This document shows positions 27,060-39,500 of a stretch of DNA of 50,942 nucleotides, piece after piece. The notes below the pieces were generated by a model, which made no database searches, was not told the DNA's origin, and was given only the letters and a program-made list of their open reading frames with translations. The first letter of the stretch is position 1, and each line of letters starts with the position of its first letter. A program made the position numbers and the translations under genes. The DNA is from Planctomycetota bacterium (GTDB lineage: Bacteria > Planctomycetota > UBA1135), in the NCBI GenBank assembly GCA_045047305.1, contig JASFYO010000073.1, positions 1 through 50,942 on the forward strand, read 5' to 3'.

Positions 27060-28679
27060 TTAAGCGCCAGGGCCTGCATGCCCAGTACTGTCGACATAGC
27101 CGGCGTAGCCACCGTAATAAGTGGTTGCGTCGGCATCGTCAATTTCTAGCACATGGGTTGCAAGTGCAGCCAAGAAGTGACGGTCGTGGCTCACAAAGAT
27201 GATGGTGCCTTTGTAAGCCGCCAAGGCATCGAGCAAAGCCTGTTTGGACTCGACATCCAAGTGGTTGGTCGGCTCGTCCAAGACCAAAAAGTTTGGCGGG
27301 TTGTAGAGCATACGCGCCAAGACTAAGCGCGCCTTCTCTCCTCCAGAGAGCACCGCAGTGGGCTTTTCGAGGTCATCGGCATCAAATCCAAAACAGGCTA
27401 AACAGGAGCGCAGGCTGCCAATAGGCTCTCCTGGAAATGCACCCGTCATAATCCGCCCAACGGTTTCTTTGGGGTGCAGAAGCTCAGTGGTGTGCTGCGC
27501 AAAATAGCCAATTGAAAGAGAAGCTCCACGTTTACACACGCCTTCATCGGCCTCCATCTCACCCAGCATGATTTTCAACAGCGTGGACTTTCCAGCACCG
27601 TTAATACCAAGCACCGCCCAACGTTCCTGTCGGCGCAAATGCATGTCTAAATCCATGTAGACAATGTTTTCGCCGAAGCTTTTGCACAAACCTTCTGCGA
27701 CAAAAATATCGTTGCCCGAACGCGGCGGTTCCGGAATGCGGAAGACCAACTTTTTACGCCGACTCCGTGGCGGTGACAAGCGCTCCAACTTATCCAAACG
27801 CTTCAATCGACTTTGCGCCTGGGCCGCAGAGCTTGCCCGCGCACGCGTTTTGTTAATCAACTTCATCTCACGCTCCACGTGGGATTGTTGACGCTCAAAG
27901 GCGGCCATACGTTGCTCATCTTCCAACTCGCGCTGCGCCAAGTACAAGGTGTAATCGCCAGGGAAAATGCGCAACTTGCCTTGGTCAATTTCAACGATGC
28001 GCGTGACCACTTTGTTCATGAACTCATGGTCGTGACAGGTCATGACTACCGTGCCGCGATAATCCCGGATAAAACCCTCCAGCCACATGATGGATTCCAA
28101 ATCCAAGTGGTTGGTCGGCTCGTCGAGCAGGAGAATATCTGGCTGCTGCAGAAGGATGCCGGCAAGCGCAACGCGCATCTTCCAACCTCCAGAAAGCACG
28201 CCGATATCACCGTCCATGCGTGCATCCGAAAAGCCAAGTCCAGACAGGACTTCGCGGGCGCGGGATTCGATGTCGTAGCCGCCCAGAATCTGGAACTCGG
28301 CTTGTAGCTCCGAATACCTAGCCATGATGGATTCCATCTGATCGAGCTTGTCTGGATCCGACAAATCGTGCTCCAGATCAGACAATTCACCACGTAAATC
28401 GGAGACTCGCCCGGCACAGCGCACTGATTGCTCCACCACGTCGCAATCATGCATCTCACCGACCTTCTGATCAAAGTAACCGATGCGGATTCCGTTGGGG
28501 TAGTTGATATCCCCGACATCCGTCTTTTCTTGGCCGGTTAACAGCCGAAAAAGGGTGGTTTTACCGCAACCGTTGGGGCCAATCAGACCTACTTTCCAGC
28601 CACTTTCCACCTTCAAATCCGCTTCTGCGAAGATGATTTGGGATCCGTATGCGTAATCAAGGCCTGTGATGCTGAACAT
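27060..28679 (-). CDS. ABC-F family ATP-binding protein
   Basis: Two ABC cassettes: GPNGCGKT / LSGGWKMR / LLDEPTNHLD and GINGAGKST / LSGGEKAR / VLDEPTNHLD; no TM segments. Confidence 0.95.
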   Translation of the reverse strand: MFSITGLDYAYGSQIIFAEADLKVESGWKVGLIGPNGCGKTTLFRLLTGQEKTDVGDINYPNGIRIGYFDQKVGEMHDCDVVEQSVRCAGRVSDLRGELSDLEHDLSDPDKLDQMESIMARYSELQAEFQILGGYDIESRAREVLSGLGFSDARMDGDIGVLSGGWKMRVALAGILLQQPDILLLDEPTNHLDLESIMWLEGFIRDYRGTVVMTCHDHEFMNKVVTRIVEIDQGKLRIFPGDYTLYLAQRELEDEQRMAAFERQQSHVEREMKLINKTRARASSAAQAQSRLKRLDKLERLSPPRSRRKKLVFRIPEPPRSGNDIFVAEGLCKSFGENIVYMDLDMHLRRQERWAVLGINGAGKSTLLKIMLGEMEADEGVCKRGASLSIGYFAQHTTELLHPKETVGRIMTGAFPGEPIGSLRSCLACFGFDADDLEKPTAVLSGGEKARLVLARMLYNPPNFLVLDEPTNHLDVESKQALLDALAAYKGTIIFVSHDRHFLAALATHVLEIDDADATTYYGGYAGYVDSTGHAGPGA

Positions 28680-28700
28680 GGACCGCGCATTGTAAGATGA

Positions 28701-30269
<1,569 letters not shown>

Positions 30270-30277
<8 letters not shown>

Positions 30278-31307
30278 ACCTAAAACCGATGTCGCATCCG
30301 CCCAGGCTTTCGCCGAGGCCTTTCAAAAGCTTCGCGAACAAATTGGCCGCGTGATCGTGGGCCAAGAGCAAGTGATCGAAGAGCTTTCCATTGCCCTTGC
30401 TGCTCGCGGGCACGCCATCTTGGTGGGCGTTCCTGGATTGGCAAAAACCCTGCTTATCAGCACTTTTTCGCGTGCTTTGGACCTAGATTTCCGCCGCATT
30501 CAGTTCACGCCTGACCTTATGCCGGCCGATATCACCGGGGCAGAAGTACTCCACGCCGACCCTGAAACCGGTGAACGCAGCTTCCGTTTCGTCAACGGCC
30601 CGGTGTTCTCCAACATCGTCCTCGCCGACGAAATCAACCGCACCCCGCCGAAGACTCAGGCTGCGCTGCTGGAAGCCATGCAGGAGCGCCAAGTTTCCTC
30701 CGCCGGAACCACCCGCCCTCTACCCGACCCGTTTTTCGTGCTCGCCACGCAAAACCCGATTGAGCAGGAAGGCACTTATCCCCTTCCCGAAGCCGCACTC
30801 GACCGCTTCCTCTTCCTAATTAAGGTCGATTACCCTTCCGCCGAGGAAGAAGCCGAAATCCTGCGCCGCACCACGGGCTCCCTCGAAAGTGAGGTCGAAA
30901 TCGTTCTCAATGCGGAGCAGTTAGTGCAAATGCAAGGCCTCGTGCGTGAGGTGCCGGTCTCTGATAGCGTGATTGATTACGCAGTACGGATTGCGCGTTC
31001 CTCGCGCCCATCGGATGAAGCACCGGCCTTTATCCGCCAATGGGTCACTTGGGGCGCTGGCCCACGCGCATCACAAAACATGATTTTGGCGGCCAAGGCG
31101 CGCGCGCTCATTCAGGGCCGCTTCCATGCATCGACAGAAGATGTCGACGCCGTGGCACCGTCGGTTTTGCGCCACAGGATTCTCACTAACTTTGCTGCGG
31201 AAGCCGAGAACGTCACCCCCGACGATGTCATCCAGCAGCTCATCCAGGAAACTCAGGCTCACCCGAGCGCTCTTGACGGGGACCGTGCAGCAGGCATCGG
31301 ATCCTAG
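30270..31307 (+). CDS. MoxR-family AAA+ ATPase
   Basis: GVPGLAKT, RIQFTPDLMPADITG, LADEINRTPPKTQAALLEAMQE, ATQNPIEQEGTYPLPEA.LDRF. Confidence 0.96.
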
Positions 31308-32187
31308 GCTACGTGCAAGGCTGCAACGCTTAGAGTTGCGCGCCCGCACTGCGGTGGAAGGCCTCCGCGGTGGACGTCATCAGTCCCCGATTAAGGGGTC
31401 GAGTACTACCTTTGCGCAACATCGTGAGTACGTGGCTGGCGATGACCTACGCCGTCTGGATTGGCGCTTGATGGCGCGGTCCGACCGCAACATTATTCGC
31501 GAGTACGAGGAAGAAACCGATTTGCGCTTGTGGATTGTGCTCGATGCTTCGGCATCCATGCGCTTCACTAGCGGCGAGTGGAGCAAGTTTGAATATGGCA
31601 CATGGTTGGCGGCCGCACTTGCCCGAGTTTCCTGTGATCAAAACGATCAGTTTGGTCTCATGCTCACGCGCGGCGAGAAATTGGAACGCATGTTGCCAGC
31701 TCGCGGTGGCGAGGCGCACTGGAAAACCTTATGCCATCGCTTGGCCGAGGCAGAACCAGAAGGTGCCGGTGACCCAGCTCTAGGTCTACAATTGGCTGCC
31801 AGTCAAATGGACCGACGTGGTCTAGTGGTGTGGATTAGTGACCTACTCGGGACTCCAGAAGCAGCATCGACGGCAGTGAACCTAATTCGACGCAAAGGCC
31901 ACGACATAATTGCTCTACGCACTTTAGATCATGCCGAGGTCGACTTCCCCTTCCTGCGTAATACCCGTTTTGAAGGTTTAGAAAGCGACGCCACCTTGCG
32001 CGCCGACCCCAATACGATTCGCGCAGCCTATCTAGAAGAGTTTGAAAAGCATGGTGCAGAGTTGCGTCGTGGTTTGCGCAGTGCGGGCTGTTCCTTCCGT
32101 CGCATGCCAACGGAAGAACCGCTGGAGGTTGGCCTGGTGGAATTCTTGGCGCAACGCAACGCACAAAAGTTAGGAGGGCGTCGATGA
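31285..32187 (+). CDS. DUF58 (vWA-like) protein
   Basis: GRHQSPIKG.S..FAQHREYVAGDDLRRLDW, IREYEEET, LDASASM, ISDL. Start is approximate (GTG 31285 or TTG 31273). Confidence 0.92.
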   Translation: MQQASDPRLRARLQRLELRARTAVEGLRGGRHQSPIKGSSTTFAQHREYVAGDDLRRLDWRLMARSDRNIIREYEEETDLRLWIVLDASASMRFTSGEWSKFEYGTWLAAALARVSCDQNDQFGLMLTRGEKLERMLPARGGEAHWKTLCHRLAEAEPEGAGDPALGLQLAASQMDRRGLVVWISDLLGTPEAASTAVNLIRRKGHDIIALRTLDHAEVDFPFLRNTRFEGLESDATLRADPNTIRAAYLEEFEKHGAELRRGLRSAGCSFRRMPTEEPLEVGLVEFLAQRNAQKLGGRR

Positions 32188-34355
32188 ACTTCGCAGCTCC
32201 AGCGGTACTGTGGGCCCTACCCCTGGTCTTGGTGCCCATCATCATTCACTTACTGCAGAAGCGTCGCTTCCGCCGGGTGGAGTTTAGTGCGATGGAGTTT
32301 TTGTTTAAAGCTGTGCGGCGCACTCGGCGCAGAGTTTTGCTCGAGGACATCTTGCTGCTCATCTTGCGCACCTTAGCGATTTTACTAATCATCCTTGCGC
32401 TTGCACGCCCCAACAGTGCAGACCTCCCGTTGGTGCTTGGTCGCGATGCCCGCGCGGAAGTCTTGATTCTGGATGCCTCTCTATCCATGAATCATCAAGG
32501 CGAAACTCAAAGCGCCTATGCAAATGCACTTTCGATCGCAGCAAAACGATTGCGCGACCTCGATCCGAAGATGGAAGATCGCGCTGCCGTCATTCGCGCT
32601 GGCCTGCGCGTGGAGCGTGTCGCTTCCGGCGAGCCAGATGAAGTGCGTAGTGTGCTGCAAGAACTAGAGCAAGCCGACCCAGCGCATGGTGACTTGGTCG
32701 GAGCCCTGCATGCTGCCGCTCGCACGGTGGAAAATTTGGGTCCGGATCCGTCGCGCATTATGGTGACGATTTTGACTGACCTACAGGCCAACACATGGAA
32801 TGAGGAAGCTGGCTTAAGCGCCCCGTTTGCGGCATTGGTTGCCCTTGGTTGTGAAGTCCAAATACTCAACTGTGGTGCGGTTGAGCGCGAGAACGTCGGC
32901 GTTACTTCCCTGAGTTTGTCTTCCTCGCGTTTAGTCCGGGGGGATTCGTGTGATGTCCTCGTCACCCTGCGCAACTTTGGCGAACACGAAGCCAAGGTCC
33001 AAGCAACCTTACTCATGGATGGCACCCCCATTGCCAGTAAGAGTTTCGTTCTTGGCGCACGCCAACCAGCGGATTGGAATGTTGCAGTGGCGCCGGTCGA
33101 AAGTGGCGCTCGTGCCTTAGAGGTGCGCTTAGAACACGATGCCCTAGTCGACGATGACACCCGCGCAGGCATCCTTGATGTCGGCGATGGCTATCAAGTG
33201 ATGATTGCCGGGGAGGCCTCGGCGCAACAAGATGCGCCCAATGTCTTCGACGGCATGTGGCGCTACCTTTCTCTAGGCGAATGGGCGCCGCTACGCCCAA
33301 CAGCACTGCCTCTGCCCTTACTCGATGAGGACACTCTCGCCGAGTACGACTTACTCATCCTTGCCGACCCAGGGCGCGTTTCGATCCGTGCCGCAACGGC
33401 GATTCAACAGTTTGTCCGCTCTGGCGGCGGCCTACTACTAGCGTTGGGGCCGAAAACCGGGCAGGAAGAGTTGCTTGAATTATTCCTGCAGTTACAGATG
33501 AATGGCATCAACATTGGCGCACCGATTCATGCTGAAAAAAACCCAGCTCGACTCGACATTGTCGATCCGGAAACGCCAGCATTGCGTTTCTTTAGTGATG
33601 CACGCTGGAAGCCGTTACTCACCGAAGTGCCGCATGCAATTTATCGGCCACTCAATATCGATCCGAATCTTGCGCAGGACTTGCACATCGGCCTACGCTT
33701 CTTGCAACAAGATGAAAACCTAGACACCGGTGCAGCTCTAGTCGACTGGAAGCTTGGAGAAGGCCATATTGCACTACTCTCGAGTGCTCCCCTGCCGCGC
33801 TGGAATCGCATGGAAGAAATCCCAGGCGGCACCTTGCCGCTGATTTACGATTTACTTTTCTCGCTGGCACCAAAGCCTGGATTCCCGGTTTCCTACCCAG
33901 TCGGCGCGGCCTTGCGTTTGCAGTTTGCGCACCCACCCACCGACACACAACTACGCGACCCCGCCGGTTTATTGCTGAACGGACTCGCTGGCCTGGAAAG
34001 TCTGGAGCACGGCCACACCCGCATTGACTTGCTGGAATCAGTTCCACGACCTGGTATTTGGCACCTCGGTGCCCGCCTTCTGCTCCCGGACGGAGAGGAA
34101 ATCGCCGTCGACCAGCCGCTTGCCGTGGTCGTGCCGGTAGAAGAAAGTGATTTACGCGCTGCTGATCCTGCAAGCCTGCGTAAATTTCTACCACCCTCCG
34201 TCGTTATTGGTAATTCCGATGACAACATCGTGCAACTCCAGGCCTTGGGCTCTCCCACACGCGATTTAACCCGCAGCCTACTTTTGCTGGTGTTGGCTTT
34301 TCTAGTGAGTGAAACCTTGTTCGCTTGGTTCCTCGACCGGAGACGAAACCTTTGA
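32184..34355 (+). CDS. BatA-domain / vWA membrane protein with Ig-like and GATase-like domains
   Basis: MNFAAPAVLWAL..VPIIIHLL..F.AMEFL..LLILR..LALARP; MIDAS LDASLSM / LTDLQ; C-terminal TM helix. Confidence 0.88.
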   Translation: MNFAAPAVLWALPLVLVPIIIHLLQKRRFRRVEFSAMEFLFKAVRRTRRRVLLEDILLLILRTLAILLIILALARPNSADLPLVLGRDARAEVLILDASLSMNHQGETQSAYANALSIAAKRLRDLDPKMEDRAAVIRAGLRVERVASGEPDEVRSVLQELEQADPAHGDLVGALHAAARTVENLGPDPSRIMVTILTDLQANTWNEEAGLSAPFAALVALGCEVQILNCGAVERENVGVTSLSLSSSRLVRGDSCDVLVTLRNFGEHEAKVQATLLMDGTPIASKSFVLGARQPADWNVAVAPVESGARALEVRLEHDALVDDDTRAGILDVGDGYQVMIAGEASAQQDAPNVFDGMWRYLSLGEWAPLRPTALPLPLLDEDTLAEYDLLILADPGRVSIRAATAIQQFVRSGGGLLLALGPKTGQEELLELFLQLQMNGINIGAPIHAEKNPARLDIVDPETPALRFFSDARWKPLLTEVPHAIYRPLNIDPNLAQDLHIGLRFLQQDENLDTGAALVDWKLGEGHIALLSSAPLPRWNRMEEIPGGTLPLIYDLLFSLAPKPGFPVSYPVGAALRLQFAHPPTDTQLRDPAGLLLNGLAGLESLEHGHTRIDLLESVPRPGIWHLGARLLLPDGEEIAVDQPLAVVVPVEESDLRAADPASLRKFLPPSVVIGNSDDNIVQLQALGSPTRDLTRSLLLLVLAFLVSETLFAWFLDRRRNL

Positions 34356-36589
34356 ACCACCTCGTTTTTTCGCACTTACCACCGGCCTGGGTTCTGGGAT
34401 TACTCATTGTTCCGATTGCAGTATTCATCGCGGCAATGGCCTACCGCCTGCGCAAACGCTCGCGGACTGCGCGGCGCTTTGCAATGGGATTGCGACTCAT
34501 GCTCTTTGCCACCGTTTTATTCTTAAGCTTCGGCCCTGCCCTACAGCATGACCGAGTGGAATCGGAAGCGGCCCCACTAGCCTTACTTTTGGATGATTCC
34601 GCTTCGATGCGAATGGCCGATCAGCCAGGCGCTCCTTCTCGCCTCACCGAGTTGCAAGCCTTGCTCGCTTCGCCATTACGCGAAGAATTGGAAAGTAAGT
34701 ATCAGCTGCAAGCTTGGCGCTTTGGTGAACGCCTTGCAGCCACCTCCACCCACGGTGACGAACTCACCGGCGCCGGCCAAGCATCTTCACTCGGCAATGC
34801 TTTGGAAGCCCTTCTGGCGGAATACCGCGGGCGCCGCATGCCAGATGTAGTTTTGTTTGGCGATGGACGCACCAATCTTGGTAGTGATCCACTGCAAGCA
34901 GCCGACCGCTTACGAGCCGAAGGCGTGAAGCTTCATATCGTGGCTTTTGGACAAGCAGAACAGGCGCCGGATCTCATCCTCGAACGTATTCAAAGCCCGG
35001 ACTTGGTTTTAGCCGGAGATGTAGGCCTATTTTCGCTTCGCTTGCGTGCAGGTGGCAGCCCTTTGCCAAAGCGCGCAGTTGTGCGTTTGCTCGATGAGTT
35101 GGGCAATGAGCTCGATCGAGCAGAAGTGCAAGACTTAGATGAGAACGGGGTCAACCTGGTACTTTCGGCCCTTCTGCAAACCCCTGGAGAACGACGTTTA
35201 ATTGCCGAAGTCCTGCCCGTTGCTGGCGAGACGGCCACCGATAACAACCGTTTAGAATTAAGCCTCACGGTGAAAGAAGTGAAAGTGCGGGTGCTGTACG
35301 TCGAGGGTAAGCCGCGTTGGGAGTATCGCTTCATTCGCGACCGCCTCATTCGGGCAGAACGCGATGTCGTGGTCAACCTCTGGCTTGCCGACGCCGACCG
35401 CTCCTTTCCGCAAGAGCACTCGCGAGCTACCCGGCCGTTATTGCGCCTACCAGTAGATACCGCCGCTTTGCTGGATAGCTTCGACCTCATCATTCTCGGC
35501 GATGTCGACCCCACGCGACTCACACCTGACCCACTTGATGGCCAGCGCTTCCTTAGTGCCCTTTCCGAGTTCGTGAAAAAGGGTGGCGGACTTCTGATGT
35601 TGGCCGGCCCGATGCACAATCCGCGCGCTTACGTCGGCTCTCCGATTGAAGCCCTACTTCCGATCATCATCGGCAAAGAACCGCTACCGCCCAAAATGCA
35701 GATCACGCCGATGCCGCCAGACATGCAGCGTCCGCACCCGGTAGTCCTGTTTTCGAGCGATCCGATTGAAAACCAAAACTTGTGGGCTACGTCGGCCAAG
35801 TTGGAGTGGTATCAGCCAGTGGAACGGCTTCGGCCTGGCGCCACCGCCTGGCTGGTCAATCCGGATTACTCGAATCAGTATGGGCCACACGTAATTGCGG
35901 CGAGTATTTTCGCTCCAGAAGGTTGGGTTGGATGGATTGGCACCGACGAGACTTGGCGCTGGAGGTTCCCAGGCGGTGAGCGTTACGTCGATCGCTTTTG
36001 GCGGTCCGCCTTACGTCATTTGGCAGCTACGCGATTGCGCGGAGACCATGGGCGCATTCGTCTGGATCTCGACCGTACCGAAGTCGAGCTTGGTGCCTTC
36101 CTACAAGTGGAAGTGCGCCTGCTCGACGACAGTTTTCAACCCGTGGTAGATGAAGAAGGCGTCGCGTTGTTCTTAGAAGGGGCTGGTCGCGCAGCCGATT
36201 TGCGTCCGGTTGCGGATCAACCAGGCATCTATCGCGGACGCCTTCGTGCCTCCACTCCAGGAGCTGCGCGCGTCTACCTCACCGCCGATGGCGACCCCGA
36301 CAGCGAAGCCGTCGCCAGTGCTCGCTTTCATGTCAACCTGCCTTCGCGTGAAATGGCCGACACCTCGCAAGATCGAGCGCTGCTGACAGCCCTGGCTGGA
36401 CGTACCGGCGGCATGCTAGTTGACGCGGCCTCCGCTGATTCTTTACTTGATACTTTGGATGGCCGCGAACGCGTCACGCGCATCCTCAACAGCTCACGCA
36501 AGCCACTAAACCCGTGGCCGTTCTTGACTTTGATTCTACTTTGCGCGGCGGCAGAGTGGATTCTCCGCAAACGCCTCAACCTCTCTTGA
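34352..36589 (+). CDS. Membrane protein with vWA and glutamine-amidotransferase-like domains
   Basis: LDDSASM, FGDGRTN, VLYVEGKPRWEYRF, FDLIILGDV, FVKKGGGLLMLAG, DETWRWR, EWILRKR. Start TTG 34352 overlaps the upstream stop. Confidence 0.85.
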   Translation: MNHLVFSHLPPAWVLGLLIVPIAVFIAAMAYRLRKRSRTARRFAMGLRLMLFATVLFLSFGPALQHDRVESEAAPLALLLDDSASMRMADQPGAPSRLTELQALLASPLREELESKYQLQAWRFGERLAATSTHGDELTGAGQASSLGNALEALLAEYRGRRMPDVVLFGDGRTNLGSDPLQAADRLRAEGVKLHIVAFGQAEQAPDLILERIQSPDLVLAGDVGLFSLRLRAGGSPLPKRAVVRLLDELGNELDRAEVQDLDENGVNLVLSALLQTPGERRLIAEVLPVAGETATDNNRLELSLTVKEVKVRVLYVEGKPRWEYRFIRDRLIRAERDVVVNLWLADADRSFPQEHSRATRPLLRLPVDTAALLDSFDLIILGDVDPTRLTPDPLDGQRFLSALSEFVKKGGGLLMLAGPMHNPRAYVGSPIEALLPIIIGKEPLPPKMQITPMPPDMQRPHPVVLFSSDPIENQNLWATSAKLEWYQPVERLRPGATAWLVNPDYSNQYGPHVIAASIFAPEGWVGWIGTDETWRWRFPGGERYVDRFWRSALRHLAATRLRGDHGRIRLDLDRTEVELGAFLQVEVRLLDDSFQPVVDEEGVALFLEGAGRAADLRPVADQPGIYRGRLRASTPGAARVYLTADGDPDSEAVASARFHVNLPSREMADTSQDRALLTALAGRTGGMLVDAASADSLLDTLDGRERVTRILNSSRKPLNPWPFLTLILLCAAAEWILRKRLNLS

Positions 36590-39500
36590 TTTCACTTCGC
36601 ATTGCTTGCCTTTGCCTGCTCGCCACCTTTGGTGCGCGCGCCGTGGCGCAACAAGAATTGCCAGCGGGGATTTCGTTGCCAGAGGACCGTTCCTTGGCGA
36701 CCAAGCTTTCGGATGCACAAGCCTACTTAGCCGATCAACGCTGGGAAGCTGCGGTCAGTTTGTTGCAAGAGGTGGCCGACGCCAACCCTTCCGCCCTCAT
36801 TGCCGACCGCGACTTCCTCTACGTTGGTGCTGTGCAACGAGCACAGTCTTTGCTCGCAAAACTTCCAGCTCCAGCGGCTTTGGTGCGTGAGCAAATGGTG
36901 CGCACTCGTGCGCAACTTGAATTAGGCGAGGCCATGAGCCCACCCGACATCAACTCGCTGGAACAAATCGCACAGCGTTATGCCGGTTCCGAAGTCGGCC
37001 ACCGCGCCAATGTCTTGCTACAAGACCTATGGTACGACCGAGGCTACCCGGAACTAGCATTAGCCCAAGGTGCCGCCCCTTTAAGCAAGGAGTGGCAAAA
37101 CATGCTTCCTCCGCCTCCGTTGGCCGATGCCCTGACTCCACCAGTGTTTCAAGATCTCGGCGACAGCGATTTGCCGCGTCTACGCCCGGGTGAGTTGAAA
37201 CCGGTATGGCGGTTTTCCTTCGATGACGACGCCCCCACCGCTGACCTTGGCCACCGCATGGCCTTTGGCGACGGACTCGGCTTTGCAACCAACGGACGCG
37301 AAGTCGTCGCTCTAGAACTCGGTAGCGGACAAACCCGCTGGCACTTCCGTGGACCTCCCGGCTGGGCTTCTCTCGGTAATACGCTTCTTAATGAAATCAC
37401 CGACGGAGCTTCGCGCCTCACTTTGTTAGCTCCAGTGCTGGCGGAAGGGGTACTCCTTGCTGTGGTGCAAGAACCGATTGGAATCGGCCGTTCGGACCGC
37501 TACAGCCGCATCCCGATTCGCAAAATGTTGCCCGCGCGCAGGCTTTATGCCTTCAACGCAGCTACCGGCGACATTCTGTGGAAACAAGACGTCAGCTGGA
37601 TGCACCCGCAAAACCGTCAGCCGGAGGAGCTCGCCGCTGGCCCACCAGCCGTTTCGGGCGGACGCGTTTACCTACCGGTTTATACTGCCGCTGGTACCGT
37701 GGATCTTTCCTTGCTGGCCTTGGACCTCCACACTGGCAAGCCCTTGTGGAAACGATTCCTAGTCAGCGGCACCATGGAAACTAACTTGTTCGGCAATGTA
37801 CTTTCCGAACTTGCGGTCCCTCCTCCTGTAGCCGATTTGGAACGGGTTTTTGTATGCACCCACTTCGGGGCAGTGTGTGCCGTCGATGCAGCAACCGGCA
37901 ATGCCTTATGGACCCGCACCTATCCCCGCACCACGGTGCACACACGGCAGAATGGCCAAATTGGAAGCCGTCCGCAGTATTTTCATAACAACCCGCCTTC
38001 CTACGATGGCAAGCGTTTAGTGGTGGCGCCAACCGATAGCTTCTTCGCTATGGCGTTAAATGCAGACAATGGACAGCGCTTAGCCCGTTGGGCTGCAGAA
38101 CCAAACAACAATCGCTATGGCACCTTGAGCAACTTGATCGGAATGGACCAAAAGTATGCGTGGTTCTCCGGCACGCATGTAGTGCGTTTACCCTTAGATG
38201 AGACTGTGACTTCGCGTCCGCGCACCAGTCCAGCGCTGTATGAATACGTCAGCAGTAACGCCAGTAATCTCAACGCGGGTGCAATCATCTACAAGGGTAT
38301 CTTGGCAATGAGCTCCAATGGTGTCGTCGACCTCGACCCGGATTCGCTCGCCATAAGAACCGATGCACTGACCTGGGAAGCGCTGGAAGGTCGCTTCATT
38401 GGCCCAGCCCAAGTGACTCATGGCTTGGTGCTATTGATGACCAGCAAGGGCATTATTGCTTTTGCTAGTCCTGGCGCTTTGCTCGACACTTTAGTTTCGC
38501 ACGACCTCAATCCCAAATTGCTTCGCGAACTATTGCCGCTTTTGGAAGCCGTTCATTATGAGGACGACCCAGGGCTCGGCCGACGCATTGCTCGTACCGC
38601 CAGTGAACTCGCCAAAAGTGATACTTTTACCGCCCAAGCTGAAGAACTTGAATTCCTTGCAGGCCGTAGCTTGCTACTAGTCGGTGAGACTCGCAATGGC
38701 CTGATTGAGCTGAGCTCTCTATTAGAAAGTCACAACGATCGTTTACGCTTGCATGCCGCAGGTTTAATTCTCGATGCCCAGCCGGAGGAAGATGCAACCT
38801 CCGAACGTCTCACCCAAGCGATTGAAGTCTTGGCCAAAGCGCAGCCGGACCGAGTGCTCACCCGCGGCAACCACATGGAACCATGGCAAGCAGCTTTGCT
38901 GCGTGCACAAGCGATGCAAAGCCTCGCGCAGCACGATGGAGAGGCGCAACGCCAGGCTTTGGTCGCAGTTCTGTTGCTGGAAAACCCAGGTAGCTTAGGT
39001 GTTGGGAATTTGGATTTGCATACTTGGGCGCGCGCGCTGCTCGATGCGCTCATCCTCAATCCAAAACTTGGCGCGGCCCATCAAGCTGCAGCCAGCGCTC
39101 ATTTAAAAGCAGAGCTCCCGAACCTGTCTTTTCTGCGCGCCTTTGCCAATACTGAAGCGGCACAAGACTGGATGGAAGCTCAGAGTCGTGTCAAAAGCTT
39201 AGATCCTTCCGCACGCCTAGAGCTTCTCGCTTGGATCTACCGCTTTGGTGCCGACGACCGCGATTGGCCCCTCTTGCCGCAAAAGCTCGAGCAAGTGAAT
39301 GAACTTCCAGCGCTGCCCACAACCTTAACCCCACAAGTCAGTGTCAAACTTGATGGCGCCTTGCCACTGCACATGATGTCGGTGGATGGATCCGCTTATG
39401 TCTTCCTGCAAGATGACAATCTTTGCCGGATTTTGCGCATCACCGAGAACGGTTCCCGCCTGCTGCACACCTTGCCATTCCTGCCAGGATCAAACAGCCT